The notes under the pieces are model-generated. The model saw only the letters and a program-made list of their open reading frames with translations, was not told the origin of the DNA and did no database searches. Source: Spirochaetota bacterium (GTDB lineage Bacteria > Spirochaetota > B62-G9 > DRHN01). Taken from it: DNA of 64,000 nucleotides. A program made the translations under genes and the position numbers. This document shows, in pieces, positions 45,872 to 55,295 of this stretch (positions are counted from its first letter, which is position 1; every line of letters starts with the position of its first letter). The stretch is from assembly GCA_016934265.1 (NCBI GenBank), contig JAFGTF010000078.1:10459-74458 (forward strand), read 5' to 3'.

Positions 45872-47044
45872 ATGGCGATGAAAAAACTGCGGGTTGATGA
45901 ATTGAAGCCGGGTATGGTTTTCAACAAGGCGGTGTATATCGATATGAACAATATCCTCGTTGCGCCCATGGTCCCGCTTCGGGATGAGGATATCCAGCGG
46001 CTCGTGAAATGGGGCATAGAGGAGATAGAAACCGCGGGTGACGTCATCAAGCAGGTGGAGCCGGAAAAGAAGCTTTCGATCAAGGAGGAGGTGTCGAAGC
46101 TCACGAAACTCGCAGAAAGCCCGCAGGCCGGGGGACATGCTGAGAGAAACACATCTGAAGTCTTCGATACAATGTTGCACCTAACGGAGGACGTATTCGA
46201 AAAGGTAAGAAACGGCGCAGGCTACGAACGTGATCGTATCCTCGACTCGGTGAGCGAAATGATCGAGGCGGTGCGTGGGAATAAGAACGGTATACTCGAC
46301 GAGCTCACGAGGGAACACGAGGGAAAGTACCTCTATATCCTCGGGGTCGGTGTCGCGATGCTTTCCGCGGTAGTCGGCCTTGATATCGGATACGGCAAGC
46401 ACCGTCTCATACCCCTCTGTGCGGGAGCACTCCTGCACGACATCGGTATGGTGCGGGTACCCTCCTACATCACCGACAAGAAGGGCAAACTGACGCCGGA
46501 GGAGTACAACAGGATCAAAACGCATACCATATACGGATATCGGATCATCACAAAGGAGCTCGACCTCGGCGAAGAGGTGGCGGCGGTCGTACTGCAGCAC
46601 CACGAGGCATACGACGGAAGCGGATATCCTCGTAAGCTGAAAGAGGATACGATATCGGTGTTCGCAAAGATCGTTTCGATATGCGACGCCTTTATGGCGA
46701 TGACGAGAAAACGGAGCTACAGGGATGAGCACCTCTCCTACCACGCCATGAAGACGATCCTCAGCGGTGCGAGCAGGAAGTATGATCCCGAGATAGTAAA
46801 GGTGTTCTTGAAGAACCTCGCGATATATCCCGTGGGAAGCATTGTCCAGTTGAGCAACAACGCCGTCGGAAGGGTGATAAGCGCGAATCCGCAGCTTCCT
46901 TTGAGGCCGAAGGTGGCTGTTATGATAGATGAGTTCGGCGACAGGCTCGAGGAGGAGAAAGAGATCGACCTGCAGGAGCAGAGCTCCCTCTTCGTAAAAA
47001 AACCGCTGTCGAAGTTCATTCTGAAGCAGATACTGAATGAATAG
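45872..47044 (+). CDS. HD-GYP domain protein (putative c-di-GMP phosphodiesterase)
   Basis: LHDIGMVRVP... (HD) plus HHEAYDGSGYP (GYP motif). Confidence 0.8.
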   Translation: MAMKKLRVDELKPGMVFNKAVYIDMNNILVAPMVPLRDEDIQRLVKWGIEEIETAGDVIKQVEPEKKLSIKEEVSKLTKLAESPQAGGHAERNTSEVFDTMLHLTEDVFEKVRNGAGYERDRILDSVSEMIEAVRGNKNGILDELTREHEGKYLYILGVGVAMLSAVVGLDIGYGKHRLIPLCAGALLHDIGMVRVPSYITDKKGKLTPEEYNRIKTHTIYGYRIITKELDLGEEVAAVVLQHHEAYDGSGYPRKLKEDTISVFAKIVSICDAFMAMTRKRSYRDEHLSYHAMKTILSGASRKYDPEIVKVFLKNLAIYPVGSIVQLSNNAVGRVISANPQLPLRPKVAVMIDEFGDRLEEEKEIDLQEQSSLFVKKPLSKFILKQILNE

Positions 47045-47387
47045 GGTTTCTGTAGGAAAGAGATATGAAGATGAGGTCGCGGCGTGGCTTGACGGACACG
47101 GCTATTCGGTCTTAGAGCGAAACTTCAGGTTTCGGCACAAGGAGATCGATATCATCGCCGAGAAGGACAGCCTCCTTGTCTTCGTGGAGGTGAAATACAG
47201 GAAGGACGGCGCGTTCGGCACCGGGCTCGAGGCGGTTACCGTCTCGAAGCGCAGGAATATTCGAACGGCGGCCCTTTACTATTTGGAAAAAAACAGACGT
47301 TATGACTGTAACGTACGTTTCGATGTCGCAACTTTCGAACGGGAAAAACTCCTGTATATCGAGGATGCGTTTCAGTTGACAAAGTGA
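47037..47387 (+). CDS. yraN: YraN-family (UPF0102) predicted endonuclease
   Basis: ~116 aa; GE.VA..WL...GY.VLERN.R....EIDIIA.......FVEVK motif pattern. Confidence 0.8.
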   Translation: MNRVSVGKRYEDEVAAWLDGHGYSVLERNFRFRHKEIDIIAEKDSLLVFVEVKYRKDGAFGTGLEAVTVSKRRNIRTAALYYLEKNRRYDCNVRFDVATFEREKLLYIEDAFQLTK

Positions 47388-47393
47388 GCCGTT

Positions 47394-47579
47394 ATGGAAA
47401 AATTAAAAGAGAGATATCAATCGTACGGTCTTCTGCTGGTCAAAGAGAAGAAAGGCAAGTCCGCCAGGCCGAGGAGGAACAGGATAGAACGGCTCAAGAC
47501 GATGATCAACAACGAGGACTACCTCAACGAAGCGATACAGAAACTCGCCAACTCTCTCACGAGCGGGCTCATGAAGTAG
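47394..47579 (+). CDS. Small hypothetical protein (61 aa, basic/helical)
   Basis: ORF directly after yraN with plausible composition; overlaps an antisense ORF of similar size, so it is uncertain. Confidence 0.3.
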   Translation: MEKLKERYQSYGLLLVKEKKGKSARPRRNRIERLKTMINNEDYLNEAIQKLANSLTSGLMK

Positions 47580-47686
47580 GCATGTTCCAGAAGACGGTCC
47601 GGACATACTGGGCATGACGTTGGAATTTCCTTGATTTTAATCCCGCTGGATGTTACCACTATACAATACCGAAACAAGAAGGACGA

Positions 47687-48004
47687 ATGGTGACGAGCAA
47701 CCATCACAAAAAGTACCGGAAGCACAGACGATACAGGGCGCCGCGCAAACGGGGGCCTCGCTACATATGCCCGGTATGCGAGAAACCCATTAATGTCGTT
47801 TCCACCGCAATAATCCACAAAGAGACGAGCAAGAAGGCACATTTCGACTGTATCATAAAGGAGTTGAAGAAGTCCTACCAGCTGAAGCCGAACGAGGGTA
47901 TCTGTTATCTCGGTGGGGGCGGATTCGGTATCATCGAGACTTCCAAGGGAGACAGAAACAAGGGGTTCGTCATCAAAAAGAGAATCCAGTACGAAACCAG
48001 GTAG
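47687..48004 (+). CDS. Hypothetical basic protein with a CxxC...H...C zinc-binding-like motif
   Basis: AAGAAGGA RBS before the ATG; Arg/Lys-rich N-terminus followed by CPVCEKP...HFDC. Confidence 0.5.
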   Translation: MVTSNHHKKYRKHRRYRAPRKRGPRYICPVCEKPINVVSTAIIHKETSKKAHFDCIIKELKKSYQLKPNEGICYLGGGGFGIIETSKGDRNKGFVIKKRIQYETR

Positions 48005-48151
48005 CGTTTCCTCAAGCAGTATCCCGATATCATTCTCCATTCAATTCGCTGAGCGGCCTGCGGAAAAAAATCGTTTTTTTTGATAAAATTGTGCATCAGG
48101 TGCAACAAGAAATGCGGATCCGATGTTCAGGAGTGATGGGAGAGAAATGAA

Positions 48152-49747
48152 ATGTTCCGCAGGCTCCGCTCGGCGACTGTGAATGGCGTGTGCTCGTCCA
48201 TTATCGAGGTGGAAGTGGACTTAAAGAGGGGCCTGCCGCAGCAGACGATCGTCGGGCTTCCCGATCCGGCGATCAAGGAGGCGAAAGACAGGGTCAACTC
48301 TGCGATACGGAACTCCGGGTTCGAATTTCCCCTCGGCCGCCTCACCATAAATCTCGCCCCCGCGGACGAGAAGAAAGAGGGGTCGATATTCGATCTCGCA
48401 ATAGCGATCGGTGTGCTTTCCGTTTCCGGCCAGGTGGAAACGGACGGGGCACTCGATTCCTTCATTGTGCTCGGAGAGCTCTCGCTGGACGGCAGGGTAC
48501 GGCCGATACACGGACTTTTAGCCATCCTGGAAGCGGCGAATGAAAAGGGCGTTACCAGCGTTATCATACCCCAAGGAAACATGAAGGAGGCCGGTCTCAT
48601 ATCCGGTCTCGACGTATATCCCGTTCGAAGATTGAAGGATGCGATTGAAGTCCTCTACGGGACGAGGCCGCCTGAAAAAAGCGGGCCGGAGAATGTCAAA
48701 ACCGGGTGCCCTACCGCCTCCGACTACGAATATTCGAACGATCTTGCCGAAGTGAAAGGGCAGAGCTATGCGGTACGGGCGGTGGAGATAGCGGCTGCGG
48801 GCGGACACAACCTCCTGCTCATAGGGTCTCCCGGTTCCGGAAAGACGATGATCGCGTCGAGGATACCGACCATACTGCCGTTGATGACGGAAGAGGAGTC
48901 GATAGAGACGACGAAGATCTACAGCGTCGCAGGACTTTTAAAGCCTGAGACAGGGCTTATCAGAAAACGGCCGTTCCGTGCCCCTCACCACACCGCTTCG
49001 GCGGTTTCGATAATAGGCGGCGGGAAAAACCCCATACCCGGAGAGGTAACCCTGTCACACAACGGGATACTGTTTTTAGACGAGTTCCCGGAGTTCAAGA
49101 GTTCGATCATACAGTCGCTTCGCCAGCCCGTCGAGAGCGGCTCGATTGCAATCGCGAGGGCGGACTCCAGGCTCGTCTTTCCCGCCCGTTTCATGCTGGT
49201 CGCGTCGATGAATCCCTGCCCGTGCGGCTATCTGTTCGATACGGAGCGGCTGTGCCGCTGCAGCCCGGCCCAGATCAACAAGTACTATATGAAGCTTTCC
49301 GGCCCGATTCTCGACAGGATAGATATACAGGTCGCGGTCAAACCGCTGAAGGCGTTCGAGCTTGTGAAGAGCCAGGCATCCGCACGTTCGAAGGAGATAC
49401 GGGAACACGTGGTCCGTGCGCGGGAGTTTCAGATGAAACGGTCGGAGCAGAAAGGCGGTACGAAGCTGAACGCGAATATGGATACCGCGTCGCTCAAGCG
49501 GTACTGCACGCTGGACGGGGATATGGAATCGATCCTCTTCACGGCGATAAAGAAATACAGGCTCTCGGCCCGCAGTTACAACAAGGTGCTCCGGGTGGCG
49601 CGGACCATATCGGATCTCGATCTCCGGGACAGGATAAATAAACAGGACCTGCTCGAAGCGCTCTCCTACCGGGAGGTAGAGCACATTCTCTACAGCAGGC
49701 CGTACGACAGCCAGGGGTACGGATACGGCGCGCACGTGAAGAGGTGA
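48152..49747 (+). CDS. comM: YifB/ComM-family Mg-chelatase-like AAA+ ATPase
   Basis: ChlI-like N-terminus, Walker A LLIGSPGSGKTM, NGILFLDEFPEF, and a zinc-finger insert C.C..YLFD...CRC. ~531 aa. Confidence 0.85.
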   Translation: MFRRLRSATVNGVCSSIIEVEVDLKRGLPQQTIVGLPDPAIKEAKDRVNSAIRNSGFEFPLGRLTINLAPADEKKEGSIFDLAIAIGVLSVSGQVETDGALDSFIVLGELSLDGRVRPIHGLLAILEAANEKGVTSVIIPQGNMKEAGLISGLDVYPVRRLKDAIEVLYGTRPPEKSGPENVKTGCPTASDYEYSNDLAEVKGQSYAVRAVEIAAAGGHNLLLIGSPGSGKTMIASRIPTILPLMTEEESIETTKIYSVAGLLKPETGLIRKRPFRAPHHTASAVSIIGGGKNPIPGEVTLSHNGILFLDEFPEFKSSIIQSLRQPVESGSIAIARADSRLVFPARFMLVASMNPCPCGYLFDTERLCRCSPAQINKYYMKLSGPILDRIDIQVAVKPLKAFELVKSQASARSKEIREHVVRAREFQMKRSEQKGGTKLNANMDTASLKRYCTLDGDMESILFTAIKKYRLSARSYNKVLRVARTISDLDLRDRINKQDLLEALSYREVEHILYSRPYDSQGYGYGAHVKR

Positions 49748-49877
49748 AGAGTCGGGCCCATGCTGCTGCGAGCGGTGGATAGTTATTTGTGCCGGCGGCA
49801 TGGGTCGTGGACTGTTGTCGATTGCATTCCATTGTATTACAATAGTACCATGATAATGAAATACGGCGGGTGAATCG

Positions 49878-51119
49878 ATGCGAGAACGTGCGCTCTATGC
49901 AGAGGAGTATGTACGCCTGAAAAGCGCGTATACGCATGAAAAGGCGAGTATCACGCTCGAGGGGGATGCGGAGATAGTCAACATCCGTTTCGAATCAAAG
50001 GCCTCTTCTTTTTTGCCGGGAGCAGAGGAGTACCGGTGCGATAATCACAACCGCTATTTCGTGGCCCAGATGGAGATGAACAGGGAGTTTTTCGTACCGC
50101 CCCTGAACGAGATTCTGCACGTACTCGACTCCGAGATAGAGGAAAACCGTGTGTTTTCCTACCCGGTGTTCAAAAAACGGTCGAAAACGAAAGCGAACGG
50201 CGTGATTGTTCTCGTGCACGGGCTGAACGAAAGATCCTGGGACAAATACCTGCCCTGGGCGAAACGGCTTCTGGAGCGCTCCGGCAGGGCGGTGTTGCTG
50301 TTTCCCATCGCCTTTCACATGAACCGCGCGCCGTTGAAATGGAGCGACCGGCGACTCATGAGCATGGTGTCGAAGGAGAGAAAAAAGATCTTTCCCACAG
50401 TGACGGCTTCCACCCTTGCGAACGCGGCGGTATCAACGAGGCTTCAGCTCTGTCCCCCCCGTTTTTTCTGGTCGGGCCTGCAATCGTACTTCGACGTCAT
50501 ACGGATCGTGAAACAGGTGCAAGACGGCCTGCATCCCTGTATCGAAAGAGACGCGACTGTCGATTTTTTCGGGTATTCCATAGGAGCCTTTCTGACCCAG
50601 CTCATACTCATGGCGGACCTCGACCGGATGCTTCCGGATTCACGGCTTTTCATTTTTTGCGGCGGCCCGACGGTGAACCGGATGTCTCCCGTGTCCCGCT
50701 ATATTCTCGACAGTGAGGCGAATATCGCCCTGTATTCCTATTTCATCGAAAATTTCGAGGAGGAGCTCAAGAGAGACGCCCGGATGCGCGAATTCTTCAA
50801 TGACGCGACGCCGGAGGGCCGGTATTTCAGGGCGATGCTCGACTACCACAAGATGGCGGGCCTGCGGGAATCGCGGTTTCATGCTCTTTCCGGGCGTATC
50901 ATGGCGGTCGGTCTCGAGAAGGACGACGTCATCCCCAAGTACGAGATCGAGAACACCCTGAGAGGAAGGAACCGGGATATACCGATCAGGATCGAGACTG
51001 TTGATTTCCCGTATCGATATACGCATGAAAATCCCTTTCCCGCGGGAAGAAGGCACGCAAAGGCGGTGGATGAAAGCTTTACCGAGGTATTGGATCTCGC
51101 GGCCGATTTCCTCCGATAG
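49878..51119 (+). CDS. Alpha/beta-hydrolase-fold protein
   Basis: VIVLVHGLNERSWDKY (oxyanion HG region) and a GYSIG nucleophile elbow. Confidence 0.5.
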   Translation: MRERALYAEEYVRLKSAYTHEKASITLEGDAEIVNIRFESKASSFLPGAEEYRCDNHNRYFVAQMEMNREFFVPPLNEILHVLDSEIEENRVFSYPVFKKRSKTKANGVIVLVHGLNERSWDKYLPWAKRLLERSGRAVLLFPIAFHMNRAPLKWSDRRLMSMVSKERKKIFPTVTASTLANAAVSTRLQLCPPRFFWSGLQSYFDVIRIVKQVQDGLHPCIERDATVDFFGYSIGAFLTQLILMADLDRMLPDSRLFIFCGGPTVNRMSPVSRYILDSEANIALYSYFIENFEEELKRDARMREFFNDATPEGRYFRAMLDYHKMAGLRESRFHALSGRIMAVGLEKDDVIPKYEIENTLRGRNRDIPIRIETVDFPYRYTHENPFPAGRRHAKAVDESFTEVLDLAADFLR

Positions 51120-51208
51120 CGAAAAGCTTGCGCGGCAAAAGGGGGGCGTGGGGAGCGTTACGTAACGGATATCGAAAAATCTATGGAAAACCGGGTAAAG
51201 GAACGGGT

Positions 51209-51820
51209 ATGCCGGAAAGGCGAATCGAGTATATATCGGTACGAATGCATCACCCCGCGATCCGGGAGGCGCCGGTATTTACGCTTCCCGAAGGGTTTTT
51301 CTCACGTAACTACCGGCCCGGCGACGAGGCGGAGTGGGCGGGTATAGAGACTTCGGCGGGTGAGTTCGATTCAAGGGACGAGGCGCGCTCTCATTTCGAT
51401 AACGAGTTCGCAGGCCGCGAGGACGAGCTTGGAGAACGCTGTTACTTTATCGGGTGCGGCGCTCGGACGATGAAAGATCGCGCGATCGCCGATCGGCCGA
51501 TCGGCACGGCCATGGGCTGGTACGGCGACTGCGACGGGAGCGGCGTCACTGGACGCATCCACTGGGTGGGCATACGTCCCGAGTTTCAGGGGAGGGGGCT
51601 TGGCAGGCCGCTCGTGAGCCTTGCGGTCGAATGCCTGAAGCGCTTTCATAAGACTGCGTATCTTCTGACCCAGACCACGAGCTTCAGAGGGGTGCGGATC
51701 TACCTCGATTTCGGATTTATACCGGTCATAACGGATGAGGAAAGCAAAAAAGGCTGGCGGATACTCGCGGGGATTTTAAAGTATCCCCCGCTCGAGAAAT
51801 ACCTGCAGAATACGACGTGA
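51209..51820 (+). CDS. GNAT-family N-acetyltransferase
   Basis: IRPEFQGRGLGRPLV acetyl-CoA binding motif (Q/RxxGxG/A). Confidence 0.7.
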   Translation: MPERRIEYISVRMHHPAIREAPVFTLPEGFFSRNYRPGDEAEWAGIETSAGEFDSRDEARSHFDNEFAGREDELGERCYFIGCGARTMKDRAIADRPIGTAMGWYGDCDGSGVTGRIHWVGIRPEFQGRGLGRPLVSLAVECLKRFHKTAYLLTQTTSFRGVRIYLDFGFIPVITDEESKKGWRILAGILKYPPLEKYLQNTT

Positions 51821-51832
51821 TAGGAGAAATGA

Positions 51833-52333
51833 ATGGACGCGATCTACAAAAGACGGAGCATACGGCGGTTTAAAAGCGGGCCGGTGGACGAGAAGACGCT
51901 GGTTTCGTTCGTAAAGGCGGGGATGAACGCGCCCTCAGCGGGGAACCAGCGGCTGTGGCGGTTCGTGATCATCACGGAGCGCTCGATACTCGACGAAATA
52001 CCGTCTGTTCATCCGTATTCCTCGATGCTGAAGGAGGCGCCCGCCGCGATACTCGTATGCGGCGACATGGATCTCGAGGAGCGCGAGGGGTATTGGGTGC
52101 AGGACTGCGCAGCGGCCACCCAGAACATCCTTCTCGAGATCGCGGACAGGGGGTACGGCGGTTGCTGGCTCGGTGTCTATCCGAGGGAAGACCGGGTCGA
52201 AGGGTTGAGAAGGCTTCTGAATATACCCGGCCATATAATTCCGCTCTCCCTCATCGCTGTCGGGATCCCTGCGGAAAAGAAGCCTCCGAAGAACGAGTTC
52301 GACAAAAGCAGGATCACCTTCAACCGCTGGTAA
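51833..52333 (+). CDS. Nitroreductase-family protein
   Basis: RRSIRRFKSGPVDEKTLVSFVKAGMNAPSAGNQRLWRFVII is the typical NADH/flavin nitroreductase N-terminus. Confidence 0.8.
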   Translation: MDAIYKRRSIRRFKSGPVDEKTLVSFVKAGMNAPSAGNQRLWRFVIITERSILDEIPSVHPYSSMLKEAPAAILVCGDMDLEEREGYWVQDCAAATQNILLEIADRGYGGCWLGVYPREDRVEGLRRLLNIPGHIIPLSLIAVGIPAEKKPPKNEFDKSRITFNRW

Positions 52334-52753
52334 GGGCTATAGAAAGGGAGACGTGAGTAGGGAGAGATAATCATACGTAATCGTGTAATATTCAGAATAT
52401 ACGTTTAGGTTTCAGGATATAAATATTTTAAAATCGCAATGAGAGGTTTAATCTTTTATTAACCCGAGAGGAAATAAGATGGCTTTGTAAGATAATTAAG
52501 AGGGTTATGTTGATAAAATAGAATATTAATCCTTTACATAACTTTTTGTTTCGCTATCATTGAATAGTAGATAGGGGATTTAATAAACAGTTAAGGAGGC
52601 TTAATGAGAGTGGCGGTTTTTACCTAACGAGGAAGGTTCATATAAGATAATGTTGTAATTTTTTGATTATTGAGGGTTAATGTGTTGAACTTATCTGATA
52701 TGATAATATTCATACCCTGTTATTTACAATAAGAATTAATCCAGAGAAGCAGA

Positions 52754-53719
52754 ATGAAACCCGAGACTAAACCATTATTCAATCAAAAACGGAATATTGT
52801 TGAACAATTCAGCCTCTCCGAATCAATAGTCGTATACCCCGACGACTGTCTTGATATGCTAAAAAATATCCCCGATGAATCGATCCAACTAATCGTTACA
52901 TCACCTCCATATAATATTGGCAAAGAGTACGAGAAGAAGTTACATCTCGAATTGTATATCCAACAACAAGCCCAGGTAATTACCGAATGTGTACGGACAT
53001 TGTCTCCTAAAGGTAGTATATGCTGGCAAGTCGGTAACTATGTTGACAGAGGGGCAATCATACCTTTGGATACAGCTCTATATCCTATCTTCACGAATTT
53101 GCACCTTAGTATGAGGAATCGTATTATCTGGCATTTTGAACACGGGCTACATTGTAGTCGTCGCTTCTCTGGGCGCTACGAAACGATTATATGGTTCACC
53201 AAGTCAGATGAGTATGTTTTTAATCTGGATGCAGTACGAGTTCCTCAAAAATATCCCGGAAAAAAATATTTTAAAGGTCCCAAGGTTGGCCAATATTCAT
53301 GTAACCCACTTGGTAAGAATCCTGGGGATATGTGGGTAATCCCAAATGTCAAGAGCAATCATATTGAGAAGACAGAACATCCTTGCCAATTTCCTGTTGA
53401 ATTAATTGAACGCTTGGTACTTTCACTTACAAATGAGGGGGATTGGGTGATTGATCCTTTCTTGGGAACCGGGACATCGATAATTGCTGCCATTCGTCAT
53501 GGTAGGCGAGGCGCTGGTGCAGAAACTGTTTCAAAGTATATTAATATAGCGAAGCGGAGGATTAATCAGGAAATTGAAGGAACATTGAGGACCCGCCCAA
53601 TGGACAGACCGGTTTTTAATCCCATAAGTTCTGGAAATAGCCTGACTTTTTGTCCATGGGAAAAGAACAATGAACAGAATAAATTATTTGAGAAAAACCA
53701 GAAATATAAAAAAGAATAA
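52754..53719 (+). CDS. Type II DNA methyltransferase (beta-class, SPPY motif; N4-cytosine or N6-adenine)
   Basis: IQLIVTSPPYNIGKEY catalytic motif IV near the N-terminus, SAM-binding D.F.GTGTS near the C-terminus (beta-class order); low-GC gene. Confidence 0.8.
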   Translation: MKPETKPLFNQKRNIVEQFSLSESIVVYPDDCLDMLKNIPDESIQLIVTSPPYNIGKEYEKKLHLELYIQQQAQVITECVRTLSPKGSICWQVGNYVDRGAIIPLDTALYPIFTNLHLSMRNRIIWHFEHGLHCSRRFSGRYETIIWFTKSDEYVFNLDAVRVPQKYPGKKYFKGPKVGQYSCNPLGKNPGDMWVIPNVKSNHIEKTEHPCQFPVELIERLVLSLTNEGDWVIDPFLGTGTSIIAAIRHGRRGAGAETVSKYINIAKRRINQEIEGTLRTRPMDRPVFNPISSGNSLTFCPWEKNNEQNKLFEKNQKYKKE

Positions 53720-53723
53720 ATCT

Positions 53724-54335
53724 ATGAAAATTACAGAAATATATTCACATTTAAATGGGCTTGAATTTTTAATCGTTCATAAGGAAACTCTTTGGAAGGA
53801 GATACAATCTGTTATTAAGGATGTTAATGCAAACCGATGTAGAACTAAGGTTTCTAAAGAAAAGACAATGAAAGGAAAGTTACTATATAGCCCGGTAGAT
53901 ATGAACGCGGCTTTCAAAAAGCTGCTTCGAGAAAAATCATGGGATGAAAGCCGGGTCAGCTATTGGGTTACGAGAAGCGAAAAATTGATCCGAAAGACAC
54001 TTACGATGTCGGCAGAAGAGCAGAAGAGAGAGATAGAATCAGCAGGTGAGATACCGATCTTCAGTTACAATCAAACAGACTTTGTCAAGGATAGAGTGGC
54101 TGTTGAGGTGCAATTCGGTAAATATTCGTTCGTCGCTTATGATCTTTTTGTTAAACATCTTGCTTTCTATGTGGGTGATCGTATTGATGTTGGGGTCGAG
54201 ATTCTTCCGATGAAGTCACTACAAAGCCAGATGAGTTCAGGTGTCCCATATTTTGAGGGGGAATTTTATAATGTTGTTCGTCAGGGGAGAGGGGTGCCGG
54301 CAGTTCCTCTCGTGCTTATAGGTATAGAATCATAA
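53724..54335 (+). CDS. Type II restriction endonuclease, BglII/BstYI-like
   Basis: KDRVAVEVQFGKYSFVAYDLFV and PLVLIGIES resemble BglII, recalled from memory as ...LVEVQFSNYPF... and ...PIRLVGLIED. ~203 aa; starts 5 nt after the methyltransferase stop. Confidence 0.6.
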   Translation: MKITEIYSHLNGLEFLIVHKETLWKEIQSVIKDVNANRCRTKVSKEKTMKGKLLYSPVDMNAAFKKLLREKSWDESRVSYWVTRSEKLIRKTLTMSAEEQKREIESAGEIPIFSYNQTDFVKDRVAVEVQFGKYSFVAYDLFVKHLAFYVGDRIDVGVEILPMKSLQSQMSSGVPYFEGEFYNVVRQGRGVPAVPLVLIGIES

Positions 54336-54672
54336 GAGTTTAATATATAAATCGGTGCTTGGTTTTACCTGTTGAATTCAGCGAATAAAGGAGGAAGGAA
54401 GCAGCAGTGTTTTGGTAAGAGTGCGTAGTAACGTGGAAGCCTCGTGATACAATCATTTCGTTTCGGCCCGAGGGTTCCTGAAGTCGCCGCCACTGGTCCA
54501 AGATACCTGCTTCCGATCGACCCGCGCGTCTTTTCGCATGCGCTTTTGCTTCCTGCAGCCCGGTTTCATCTCCATCAAAGGAATCGGCCGATCTGAGGAA
54601 TCGGCCGATGGAAGAGTCCTGTATGGTGGGAAAGAAGACTGTCTTCGGGCCTATGCTTTTGACACGGCACAG

Positions 54673-54705
54673 GAGAAAAAACCGGGCATGCCGCAGGGCC
54701 CGGTT
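54673..54705 (-). terminator. Intrinsic terminator downstream of the first STAS-like paralog (minus strand)
   Basis: On the minus strand, AACCGGGC-loop-GCCCGGTT forms an 8-bp GC stem followed by TTTTTTCTCC (plus-strand gagaaaaaaccgggcatgccgcagggcccggtt). Confidence 0.55.
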
Positions 54706-54726
54706 TCCAGGCGCACTCATCCTGAC

Positions 54727-55095
54727 TCACTCGCGAAACCACTCTTTGGCCTCGCCCAGCGATCCGAATACCTTCGTCTCGAAGGAACTCTTGGTCAATT
54801 CGGTTACCGTCTCGAACATTTGCGAGAAGCTGTACTCGAGGTAGGCGGGAGCTATTATCGCCGTTTTGCCGCCCCCCCTGCGGGCCCGCTGCTTGTCCCA
54901 GATATCGACGAGCCTCTTCACCGTCCCGGGCGAAAGGTTGATCATCTGCGCGAAAGAGAAATCCCATATAACATACGGCGTATGCACACCGCCGAAGAAC
55001 GATTGCGCGGTCTCCAGCAACTCTTCCGTCGATATGTCCCCGAAGCATTCCTGGATCGTATAGTTCTTCTTCGGAAAAATTATTGTCTCAATCAT
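54727..55095 (-). CDS. STAS-like (SpoIIAA / anti-sigma-antagonist-like) small protein, paralog 1 of 3
   Basis: 122 aa; shares with its two neighbours the pattern ..LT..E.L......F.......LWDF..........A..R.......R.GGKTAI.AP..LEY.......T.......FE..VF....EA..W. Confidence 0.45.
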   Translation of the reverse strand: MIETIIFPKKNYTIQECFGDISTEELLETAQSFFGGVHTPYVIWDFSFAQMINLSPGTVKRLVDIWDKQRARRGGGKTAIIAPAYLEYSFSQMFETVTELTKSSFETKVFGSLGEAKEWFRE

Positions 55096-55295
55096 CGATC
55101 GGCCGATCCTGTTTATTCCGTAGCCCGAAAAACGCACCGAATTCTCTGTGCCCCCGGGCGTATCCGGCCGGTTCGCGAGGCTTTATGAAGATGTGAAATA
55201 GTGCGCGGCCGCCCCTGCAATTACGGCGTTACGCCCGCATCTCTGTATCTATTCTAACGCAGTGAACGGAAGAACGCAAATATATTATGAAATAA

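Noticed and set aside
52754-54335. Assigning AGATCT (BglII) specificity to the R-M system.
   Set aside because: AGATCT occurs at least nine times in the window (for example 19981, 20051, 23354, 26007, 43338, 50387), so it is not obviously avoided. Only the fold family is similar, and the specificity cannot be inferred.
54340-54720. 126-aa ORF (minus) and 216-aa ORF (plus, 54538..55188) between the restriction gene and the STAS-like paralogs.
   Set aside because: No RBS and low-complexity translations. The region instead contains the minus-strand terminator and palindromic motifs. The plus ORF overlaps paralog 1 in antisense.
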